DNA of 34,556 nucleotides, taken from contig CANQQV010000015.1 of assembly GCA_947626095.1 (NCBI GenBank), forward strand, positions 1 through 34,556, given 5' to 3'. Position numbers and translations under genes: made by a program. Positions within the stretch are counted from its first letter, which is position 1, and each line of letters opens with the position of its first letter. Positions 9,722 to 17,991 of the stretch are shown piece by piece. The notes under the pieces are model-generated. The model was given only the letters and a program-made list of their open reading frames with translations. It did not search any database and was not told the DNA's origin. Source of the DNA: an uncultured Bacilli bacterium (GTDB taxonomy: Bacteria > Bacillota_I > Bacilli_A > RF39 > UBA660).

Positions 9722-11125
9722 CTAGTTACTAACTCGATGATGAACATCTGGTGTCCATTCATCAATTGTTTCAAAAGTATAATCATTATCTTTAGCATAA
9801 CGAATAATATCACGTAAAGCATCACGTGTTTGTGGTTTTACATCATGCATTAGAATCATATTAATTCTTTTATTACTTAAATTTTTAATAACATTATTAT
9901 AAACCGCTTCTTTAGTTTTTGCACCACCTGCATCTTCGCAAGATACATTCCAATCAAAATAGCGATATCCTCTATTCGTAACTTCTTGAGTTAAAGTACT
10001 CATAATACCTATACTATATTTACGACTTACTGTATTGCTACTTCCTCCAGGGAACCTAATTATTTTAGAATCAACTCCTGTAAGACGTAGAACTCGATCA
10101 TGAACAATTTGTAAATCATTAAAATAAGCATCAACTGAAGCATAAACTTTAGAATAAGTATGACTTGCTGTATGTAACCCTATTGTATGTCCCTCAGCAT
10201 ATTCGCGTTTTATCAAAGAATCAGGTCCTTTATTAGTTACAAAGAATGTTGCTTTTACACCCTCTTCTTTTAAAATATCTAAGATAACATTAGTTGTTCC
10301 ATTATTTGGTCCGTCATCAAAAGTTAAATATATTACTCCTCCCTGTGGTGGAATTACTACATTTACCTTTCTTCTAACCTCACTTGCATTTCCTGCACTA
10401 TCAGTTACTTGAAAAGCAATTTCATATATTCCAATTTTTTTTGTATCTACATTATTTATTACTTTTACCTTACTAGCTATCTCACTATCACAATTATCTG
10501 TTACCGTATAACCAGGATCATTATATATTTCGCTATAATATACTTTATAATTACTAGCACCCTTTAATACTATTTTAGGACTTTCTTCATCTACATAAGT
10601 TATCTTTCTTGTAACACTACTTGTTTTACCTAAGGAATTAGTTACTGTATAAGTTACTTCATTATCATTCGTAGTTACTTTAACTTTACTAGTTAAATCT
10701 CCATCTATATCATCACTAGCTGTATATCCTTCCTCTTCATATTTTTTATTTGGACAAACTTTTACTTTACTTTCCCCTTTAAGCGTTATAACTGGTTTTG
10801 ATGATCCATCTACAACTACTGTTCTAACTTTCTCTTTTTTATATATTCCTTTTTTTAAAGTATACTTAATTTTATAAGTTCCAATTTTCTTATCAACAGT
10901 ACCTTCTATTTGAACATCATCAGAAACATCTTTACCATAATAAGTCGCTATAACTCCGGGTTCTTGATATTTTTCAGTATAATCAATAGTTATTTCATCG
11001 CTACCCTTTAATTCTAAAGACGGTGAAGCAAAATAAAGAAGAAGTGGAATTCCACTTAGGGTTAATAATAAAAACATAATAAAAAATAAAACCATTTTCT
11101 TTTGTAAAATCGCTTCTTTACTCAT
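9722..11125 (-). CDS. Membrane-anchored polysaccharide (peptidoglycan) deacetylase with three Ig-like DUF5011-type repeats
   Basis: N-terminal TM, repeated P.I.LKG...Y.EPG..A.D units, CE4 motifs TFDDGP, HTASH, RFPGG, DW and LMHD. Confidence 0.92.
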   Translation of the reverse strand: MSKEAILQKKMVLFFIMFLLLTLSGIPLLLYFASPSLELKGSDEITIDYTEKYQEPGVIATYYGKDVSDDVQIEGTVDKKIGTYKIKYTLKKGIYKKEKVRTVVVDGSSKPVITLKGESKVKVCPNKKYEEEGYTASDDIDGDLTSKVKVTTNDNEVTYTVTNSLGKTSSVTRKITYVDEESPKIVLKGASNYKVYYSEIYNDPGYTVTDNCDSEIASKVKVINNVDTKKIGIYEIAFQVTDSAGNASEVRRKVNVVIPPQGGVIYLTFDDGPNNGTTNVILDILKEEGVKATFFVTNKGPDSLIKREYAEGHTIGLHTASHTYSKVYASVDAYFNDLQIVHDRVLRLTGVDSKIIRFPGGSSNTVSRKYSIGIMSTLTQEVTNRGYRYFDWNVSCEDAGGAKTKEAVYNNVIKNLSNKRINMILMHDVKPQTRDALRDIIRYAKDNDYTFETIDEWTPDVHHRVSN

Positions 11126-11227
11126 ACTACTCTAACTCCCGATAACTAACCATTCTTATTTATTATCTATTATTATCATACCACTTTTTAAAATCTATAA
11201 ATCATTATAATTAAACAGTTTACAAAC

Positions 11228-11254
11228 AAAAAGACAAATATCAATTTGTTTTTT
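11228..11254 (-). terminator. Probable terminator of the GntR-ABC operon
   Basis: Imperfect AAAAACAAAT/ATTTGTCTTTTT hairpin immediately after the stop. Confidence 0.45.
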
Positions 11255-11255
11255 A

Positions 11256-11891
11256 CTAAAATTCTTTATTTAAATATATTTTTTTCGATATTTTATAAGA
11301 TATATAAACCATTACTACCGCTATCGCTATTATAATAGCAACCAAATATTTTTCTAAGAAATTAAATGCTTTACCAATAAAGGAAAAGTCAATATTTAAA
11401 TTAAATATTAAACCACCAATGAAAGCTATACCAATTACAATTACGAAAATAACAATGCGGGCTTTTTCAATGCCTAATTTATAGATGATTGGATACATTA
11501 CTGCTAAGACAAGAAAAGTCCCAAAGATACCTCCAAGTGTCGTAACTAATATTTCTTCTATGTCAATTGGTTGCTTTTTAATATAAGTTAAAAGAAATGT
11601 TAATAAGATCGTTATTAAGGTTGTAACAAGAATCATAATAATTGTCGCTAAGTATTTGGCCTTAACACTATTTTCTCGTCCATTAGGTAATGCTATCGTA
11701 TAAGCGTCCCAATGGTTATACTCATCATAACTAAATGTTGAAATCATAATCATGACACAGATAAATGGTAAGATAAAGGAAATATCCATTCCATCATTAT
11801 AAGCCATTACACCATAAAAGATAAAAAGAATAAATAATATTTTAAAGTTACTTTTTATCATCGCTATATCTTTTTTAATAAAACCTAACAT
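11256..11891 (-). CDS. ABC-2 type transporter permease
   Basis: Six TM helices, FSYDE..W..Y..ALP..R...VKAKY motif. Confidence 0.9.
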   Translation of the reverse strand: MLGFIKKDIAMIKSNFKILFILFIFYGVMAYNDGMDISFILPFICVMIMISTFSYDEYNHWDAYTIALPNGRENSVKAKYLATIIMILVTTLITILLTFLLTYIKKQPIDIEEILVTTLGGIFGTFLVLAVMYPIIYKLGIEKARIVIFVIVIGIAFIGGLIFNLNIDFSFIGKAFNFLEKYLVAIIIAIAVVMVYISYKISKKIYLNKEF

Positions 11892-12748
11892 TACTCTTCC
11901 CCCTTAATCATTAAAACCATTAAGTCATCTAAAGTTATATTATCAATAACTTCTATTTTATATTTCTTTTTAAATTCTTTTTTATTTTCAACTAATACTT
12001 CATAAGCATATTTTTCTTTACGATATTTTATATAATCTTTTTTATTAATTTTCTTAAACTCTGCATCACTACATTTAGCAATTCCATAATTTTCTTTTAT
12101 CTCATCACAAGTCTTACATAATACAATTGCACCATTATTAATGAAAGTTATATAATCAGCTATATGTTCTAAATCCGTTGTAATATGACTAGATAAGAAA
12201 ATTGAACATTCTTCATTTTGAATAAAATCTTGAAATATTTCAATAACTTCAGCACGCGCAACTGGATCTAATCCTGAAGTTGGTTCATCTAAGATTAATA
12301 GTTTAGGATGATGTGATAAAGCTGTCACTATTTCTAATTTTTTACGCATTCCTTTAGATAATGTTTTAATCGTTTTATTATCAGGTAAAGAAAAATCTTT
12401 AAGATATTTATAATACATCTCACTATCCCAATTATGATAAATCCCTGCCATAACATTATTAACATCTTTTGGTGTTAAAATCTCAGGAAAGAACATATCA
12501 TCTAAGACAACACCAATATCTTCCTTAATCTTTTTCTCTTCTTTTTTACTATCTAAACCAAATATTTTAATATCTCCTTGATATTTTTTAATAATCCCTA
12601 AAATAGCTTTTATGGTTGTGGTCTTACCAGCTCCATTCTCCCCAATAAAACCCATTATCATTCCTTTAGGTAAATTAAAACTAATATTTTTTAAAGCAAA
12701 AGTATCATACTCTTTATTTAAGTTTTTAACTTCTAGTATATTTTCCAT
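11891..12748 (-). CDS. ABC transporter ATP-binding protein
   Basis: GENGAGKT, LSKGM, LILDEPTSGLDP and SSH motifs. Start moved to ATG 12748. Confidence 0.95.
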   Translation of the reverse strand: MENILEVKNLNKEYDTFALKNISFNLPKGMIMGFIGENGAGKTTTIKAILGIIKKYQGDIKIFGLDSKKEEKKIKEDIGVVLDDMFFPEILTPKDVNNVMAGIYHNWDSEMYYKYLKDFSLPDNKTIKTLSKGMRKKLEIVTALSHHPKLLILDEPTSGLDPVARAEVIEIFQDFIQNEECSIFLSSHITTDLEHIADYITFINNGAIVLCKTCDEIKENYGIAKCSDAEFKKINKKDYIKYRKEKYAYEVLVENKKEFKKKYKIEVIDNITLDDLMVLMIKGEE

Positions 12749-12749
12749 C

Positions 12750-13124
12750 TTATTCCTCCTCATATAAGATATCTATCATTTCTTTTAATTCTTTTTTAGT
12801 TACATTATTTAGTTTAGCTATTTCAATCGCTGAATCCATTAAACCTTGAATTTTATTTAATTGTTCTTCTCTTGCTAAATCTTTATTAATCTGCGCCACA
12901 TAAAAGCCTTTAGCTGGTATTGTTTTAACATACCCTTCTTTAACTAATTCCTCATAAGCATTTTTCGTGGTAATAACACTACATCTTAAATCTTTAGCTA
13001 AACTTCTAATCGATGGTAATAATTCATCAGTTTGTAATTCCCCCGAAATAATTTTACTTTTTATTTGTTCTTTTATTTGTTCATAGATTGGAACTCCATT
13101 AGAGTTACTAATTATTATTTCCAT
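12750..13124 (-). CDS. GntR-family regulator, YtrA subfamily
   Basis: PIYEQI...LPSIRSLA...TTKNAYEEL...KGFYV with a short C-terminus. First gene of an ABC operon. Confidence 0.93.
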   Translation of the reverse strand: MEIIISNSNGVPIYEQIKEQIKSKIISGELQTDELLPSIRSLAKDLRCSVITTKNAYEELVKEGYVKTIPAKGFYVAQINKDLAREEQLNKIQGLMDSAIEIAKLNNVTKKELKEMIDILYEEE

Positions 13125-13136
13125 CCAATCACCTCT

Positions 13137-13176
13137 TGTATATATTAAGTATATACAGTATATACACAGAAGTCAA
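13137..13176 (-). promoter_or_regulatory. sigmaA promoter with overlapping YtrA-type operator
   Basis: TTGACT (13171-13176), 17-nt spacer, TATACT (13148-13153). Inverted repeat TGTA-N13-TACA (13137-13157) covers the -10 and start region. Confidence 0.75.
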
Positions 13177-13177
13177 T

Positions 13178-13207
13178 AAAAAAGTAGTTTAATAACTAAA
13201 CTACTTA
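13178..13207 (-). terminator. Intrinsic terminator ending the AAA/VWA-like operon
   Basis: AAGTAGTTT/AAACTACTT stem plus T tract overlapping the stop codon. Confidence 0.65.
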
Positions 13208-14248
13208 TTTCTTTAACTTTAAACTCATTACATCGTTTTTAAATTCTTCTTTCGCTTTTTCGACATCTATTTTATCTTCCAAATTTAAATGTTTAATCGC
13301 CGCTTCAAAGTCTTCAGCTAAATCTTCGCCTCTTATTCCCATTTCTCTTGGTTGATCAAAGAAGATATCATTAGGGCCAAAATGTAATACTTTTTTCGTA
13401 AATCTCTCACCACAGGTTGTACCGTAGCCGCTTTCCCAGTCTCTTTTTACATCTAGCGTTTCTAAAATTCTAAATAATATTCTTCGTAAAAATTCCACAC
13501 GACATAATGTCTTATATAAAGCCGCCATATTCATTCTTTCGCCATGACGTTTTATTTGGACCACAATGTATATAAGTTCATCATATTCTTCACTTAATTC
13601 AAAAGTATCTAAATCAACACTATATCCTGCTTTTTCTAAGGCTGTTAATATATTTGTAATAATGATTGCGCGATTAAGTACTTGCCTTTTCGTTGTTCCC
13701 CAATAATATGATAATGTTACATGGATTCTTACAAACTTCGGTTGTTTAATCTTTTCTTCAGTTTCATAACATAAAGGATTCCCCGCACTATAAGCTGGCA
13801 CGTTTAAATGTCCACCAGCTACTGTTCTAACTAATTTATATTTATGTATTTCTCTTAAGTTAGCACTATTTAAATCCCTTTGTAAAGTTAAGAATTCTTC
13901 ATAACCAGGATCAACATCATTTATCAAGTCTTCTACTGCTGCTTTATATGGCTTACCAGCAAAACCACTATCTTTAACTACACTATGTAAGGTTGTAAAA
14001 ACTCTTCGATTAGTTTCAGGATTACTTTTTAAATATTCATAAAGGTCAAATAAACTACTAAATCGTGCTTTATAAATTGTATAAGTATCATCACCAACAT
14101 CAATTTCCTCGGGAGGAAAAATATAATCTTCAAACTTTTCATAATTATGTGGATAATCCATTATTTCTTCCTCCTCTTCGACATCTTCTTCGTCTTCTAC
14201 TATTTCTTCTGTTTCTTTTATAACTCTTTCAAATCCATCATCTAACAA
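13205..14248 (-). CDS. Degenerate VWA-like (CobT-like) partner of the AAA+ ATPase
   Basis: Acidic N-terminal tract, VAGGHLNVPAY.AG.P, beta-alpha pattern VRIHVTLS...LTALEKAGYSVDL...VQIK..GE...FLRR..F...GYG. TTG start with AAGGA RBS 7 nt upstream. Confidence 0.6.
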   Translation of the reverse strand: MLDDGFERVIKETEEIVEDEEDVEEEEEIMDYPHNYEKFEDYIFPPEEIDVGDDTYTIYKARFSSLFDLYEYLKSNPETNRRVFTTLHSVVKDSGFAGKPYKAAVEDLINDVDPGYEEFLTLQRDLNSANLREIHKYKLVRTVAGGHLNVPAYSAGNPLCYETEEKIKQPKFVRIHVTLSYYWGTTKRQVLNRAIIITNILTALEKAGYSVDLDTFELSEEYDELIYIVVQIKRHGERMNMAALYKTLCRVEFLRRILFRILETLDVKRDWESGYGTTCGERFTKKVLHFGPNDIFFDQPREMGIRGEDLAEDFEAAIKHLNLEDKIDVEKAKEEFKNDVMSLKLKK

Positions 14249-14307
14249 TAATAATTCCTTAAGTTTTTTAATTAATTCCTTGAGTTTAATTAAATATCTT
14301 TTAGTCT

Positions 14308-16605
14308 TTATTTTCTTTTCTTCTTTTCTACACCATTTAAGGAATTATTACAAGTTCTAATAAATGATTTAGCTAAAATCATAGTATCAGCATCAGCTAA
14401 TCTTTCTGGCTCCGTAAACTTACCAAGACTATCAGCATCTAAGCTATAAAACTCACTAAATTTTTTCTTTAAGAAACTTAAATAATCTCTTTCTTTAGTT
14501 TGTGTAAATTTTTCACGCATTATTTGATCTATAGATTTACTATTATGATTTATGTATTTAACAATCGCCGCCGCATCTCTTGTTGTCCCAATACCAGGTG
14601 CTACATCTAAACCATGTTGTTTGGCATATATTTCACAAGCTTCTCTAAACTTAATAAATATTTCATACCAATTAGTATAATTACCAAATATTTTTTGTTC
14701 TACGACATTATCATATTTAAACTCTTTAGGTGTCATACGTTCTTGAACTGCTTCATCAATTTTACCACGTGAAGAAAATATTTGGTTTTCTCCACCACCT
14801 CTTGTATTACCAGCACTAATCATTCTAAAATTAGGGCTTATTGGAACTGTCATATCTTCAGCAAATGTTACATAACGTTTTTTATTTGGATTACCTAAAA
14901 CATCCAATAAACCAGAATATAATTCATTTAAAACAACTTGCGTATCTGTATTACCATTATCAAATTCATCTAAAGATAACATCTTACCATATACTAAAGC
15001 GACAAAAGCTTGAGTTGCTCTAAATCTTCCATGTGGATCATTATAAGCCATAATACTATATTTATCAGTTATTTTACCATTTTCTACTAAATCAATACCA
15101 ATTAATTCTGCTACTTGTTTAATAACAAATGATTTACCGCAACCAGAAGGTCCCCATAAATAAACCCAATCACCTTCTAAGATACAACGTATAACTTCTT
15201 CAACCATTTCATGGAAGAACTCTCCATTTGCTTCACGACGTTTTTTCTCTTCTAATATTTTGTCCATTCGTTTATCAAATGGAATACTCTCATCAAAAGC
15301 TGGTAAGATAACTGACTCAGTATGTTCTTTCGGAATAATAACTTGTGGATTAGCTGGTACTACTAAACGATCATTACCAGGTATAACTATTCCACTAACT
15401 GGTGCTCCTACTACCGCTTGACTTTCTGCTCCTACTTGTAATTCACTAAATTTCTTTAAAGCTTCCATTATCTTTTCATTATCACTAGCACTCTTTAAGA
15501 ATTCTTGTAATTGTGGTTCTGTTTCCACATAACTTTTTAATCGAGCTACACTATCTTGTGTTGCTTTTTGAATACGTAATAGTTCTGATGTTGTGGTACT
15601 TGATAAACCACTAGCCATTACTTTAATACTATTTATTTTTTCTTCAGCATCTAAAAGTAATTGTTTAAATATTTCATCACTACTCTTTTTTAAAGCATCT
15701 TCTAAAGATAATAAATATTCATCTAGTTTTTTAACTAATTCAAGTCTTACTTCTTCAATTTCCTTTTTCATTTCTGATATTGCATCATCACTATATGTCC
15801 TAATATCTTGTTTGCCGACTCTTAAAGTATCATTTATTTCTTTAACTCCAGCTTTCGTAAGGGCATTAACTCGATCTTGATAACTATCTACTTTCTTTTG
15901 CATAACACTAAGTTTAGCAATTAAACCTTGGGCTTTTTCCGCTTCGGCTGATATCGTTGCTAATGTTTTTTCATCAATTGGATAAATACCAGTTCTTTTC
16001 TTTGCTTCCGTAAGTCTTTTTTCTTTATAACTAGTTACATCATCTAACTCATTTTTTAAAACACTAACAAAAGATAATATTTCATTTTTTAACACCGCCT
16101 GATTAATTGTATATGGTGCTACTTCTAAAGCATAACTTACAATATCTTTATAATGCGAAGTTAAATCTTCATCATCTCTAATTATTTTCATCAGATATAA
16201 ATAATCTAAACGTGAATCAAATAAACTATAAAATCTTTTATCAAAAACATCTTTAGCTAAAATACCATCATTTCCCCCAAAGTTATGAACAAACATATTT
16301 TTTATTGCTTCATAATCAGGTGTTTTTTCACCCTCTGGTAAAAAGAACTCTATGGCATCTAGTAATTCATTATATAAGGCCTTAAATTCTTCTAAATCAC
16401 TAAAATCCGTATTAATTATTTCTAAGATTATTCCTTCTAAGAATTCGAAGTTAAAAAAGTCATTATTTCTTTTTTTATCTCTAATCTCAGTTACATAATT
16501 AACTAAATAATTAATAATTTCATAGTTTAAACCAGAACTTCTTATTACTTTAATTAATCTTTTATAATCCTTTTCTTCTGGTGTTTCTTCACTAAATATT
16601 CCCAT
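14308..16605 (-). CDS. CobS/MoxR-type AAA+ ATPase with long N-terminal helical/coiled-coil extension
   Basis: Walker A GPSGCGKS, Walker B LSLDEFD, NFRMISAGNT.G.G sensor-1, R.KIDEA..ER arginine finger and TTRD sensor-2. Likely start ATG 16605 behind AAGGGTG. Confidence 0.88.
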   Translation of the reverse strand: MGIFSEETPEEKDYKRLIKVIRSSGLNYEIINYLVNYVTEIRDKKRNNDFFNFEFLEGIILEIINTDFSDLEEFKALYNELLDAIEFFLPEGEKTPDYEAIKNMFVHNFGGNDGILAKDVFDKRFYSLFDSRLDYLYLMKIIRDDEDLTSHYKDIVSYALEVAPYTINQAVLKNEILSFVSVLKNELDDVTSYKEKRLTEAKKRTGIYPIDEKTLATISAEAEKAQGLIAKLSVMQKKVDSYQDRVNALTKAGVKEINDTLRVGKQDIRTYSDDAISEMKKEIEEVRLELVKKLDEYLLSLEDALKKSSDEIFKQLLLDAEEKINSIKVMASGLSSTTTSELLRIQKATQDSVARLKSYVETEPQLQEFLKSASDNEKIMEALKKFSELQVGAESQAVVGAPVSGIVIPGNDRLVVPANPQVIIPKEHTESVILPAFDESIPFDKRMDKILEEKKRREANGEFFHEMVEEVIRCILEGDWVYLWGPSGCGKSFVIKQVAELIGIDLVENGKITDKYSIMAYNDPHGRFRATQAFVALVYGKMLSLDEFDNGNTDTQVVLNELYSGLLDVLGNPNKKRYVTFAEDMTVPISPNFRMISAGNTRGGGENQIFSSRGKIDEAVQERMTPKEFKYDNVVEQKIFGNYTNWYEIFIKFREACEIYAKQHGLDVAPGIGTTRDAAAIVKYINHNSKSIDQIMREKFTQTKERDYLSFLKKKFSEFYSLDADSLGKFTEPERLADADTMILAKSFIRTCNNSLNGVEKKKRK

Positions 16606-17929
16606 CTTGTTCACCCTTTACTAATCTAAGCATTTGCGCTTTATTTAACATATCACTAGCTTGTAAGACATTATCTTCTTTTCTAACTGTTCTTAAACTA
16701 TCCCTACTTATTCCTTTTATACCTTTACTACTTTGTTCTAAATGATAATAATATCTATTTTTTAATTTATCATCATAGTATCCCAAACCACCTAAAACTT
16801 TATCAGTAAATCCTGTTTCTATAACATATATTCCATTAGTTGGTGATAAACAAACCCCATTAATTGTTTTTCTTACTTCATCTAAAACCATTTCATGAGC
16901 ATCAACTGCCACCGTTTTATTTCTAATATAAGTTTTAGCAAAATACTCTCTTCTACTAAAAGCATCACTATTTACATCAATATACATATTATGAACTTTA
17001 ACTATCTTCTCAGTCTCACTTATCTCTTGGATTTGATTACTTACTCCATATAAAGATCCCCAAGGAAGTCTATACCAAGTTAAATTACTATCATAATCTA
17101 AATTAGCGATATTCTCCCATTCATTACTTGTTACTTCTAAATCTCTATCCTCATACACAACTGGTATTCCATCTTTTTTTATTTCATATGTCTCTTTAGG
17201 TGCTCCCTTAGTTATATGATAAAGACTACTACTTACTAACTTATAAGAAGGAATAATTAACTCAATACTAATTGCTTCTTTACTAAATTTAATCTTTATC
17301 CCAAGTGGTTCATTCTTCGTATTTAAACCACCAACATATATTTCATACTCATCACTATCTATTTTATTAAATTGTAAGTTGATATTAACTTCTATGCCAT
17401 CTACTTGACCATATAAAACATAATTATCTCGATATCCACTTACCTCTTCATCAAAAGTAACTACTCGATTCGTAAATTCATAAAATTTTTTTATATGATA
17501 CTTAATCATTGGTAATAATAATTTAACTTCGTCAGTCTGAAATAATAAACTACTATCATAACTATCTTTACCATCATAAAAACTATATATTTCATTTATT
17601 TCTTCTAAACGTCCACTTAAAAGAATTTCTTTAGTTTTATCATCAATATTTATTCTTGGACGTAACTTAAAAGGATCTGTTAAACCATCTTCTAATAAAT
17701 TATCTTTTTCATTGTTATATACTTCAACAACCTTTTGCACAAATACTTTAAAGTTTTTATCTTTGGCACTAAGATTTAAATATTTACCACCATCATATGT
17801 CACAAGTAAGGTTGGCACAACAACTAATTTACCCGTTCCATTTAACACTAAATCCCAAAGCTTAATTGATTCAATATTATGTAAATTATATATTTCTATT
17901 AATTCTCTATCCATTCCATATAATTGCAT
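16592..17929 (-). CDS. Hypothetical protein (445 aa, beta-rich, no signal peptide)
   Basis: Long ORF, AAGGGTG RBS, overlaps the ATPase start by 14 nt. No family recognised. Confidence 0.8.
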   Translation of the reverse strand: MQLYGMDRELIEIYNLHNIESIKLWDLVLNGTGKLVVVPTLLVTYDGGKYLNLSAKDKNFKVFVQKVVEVYNNEKDNLLEDGLTDPFKLRPRINIDDKTKEILLSGRLEEINEIYSFYDGKDSYDSSLLFQTDEVKLLLPMIKYHIKKFYEFTNRVVTFDEEVSGYRDNYVLYGQVDGIEVNINLQFNKIDSDEYEIYVGGLNTKNEPLGIKIKFSKEAISIELIIPSYKLVSSSLYHITKGAPKETYEIKKDGIPVVYEDRDLEVTSNEWENIANLDYDSNLTWYRLPWGSLYGVSNQIQEISETEKIVKVHNMYIDVNSDAFSRREYFAKTYIRNKTVAVDAHEMVLDEVRKTINGVCLSPTNGIYVIETGFTDKVLGGLGYYDDKLKNRYYYHLEQSSKGIKGISRDSLRTVRKEDNVLQASDMLNKAQMLRLVKGEQDGNI

Positions 17930-17951
17930 AACATCACCCTTAGCATTGATT

Positions 17952-17980
17952 ACTATATAGATTTAATATTCTTTTGTCAA
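17952..17980 (-). promoter_or_regulatory. Near-consensus sigmaA promoter of the three-gene AAA operon
   Basis: TTGACA (17975-17980), 17-nt spacer, TATAGT (17952-17957). Confidence 0.75.
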
Positions 17981-17991
17981 GCAAAAAGGAC

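Noticed and set aside
14841-15880. Plus-strand ORFs 14841-15023 and 15593-15880
   Set aside because: Antisense shadows inside the AAA+ ATPase gene, with no RBS or recognisable protein features
13205-16605. Cobaltochelatase CobST annotation
   Set aside because: No cobN or cobalamin genes in the window, the MIDAS motif is absent, and the ATPase has an atypical long arm
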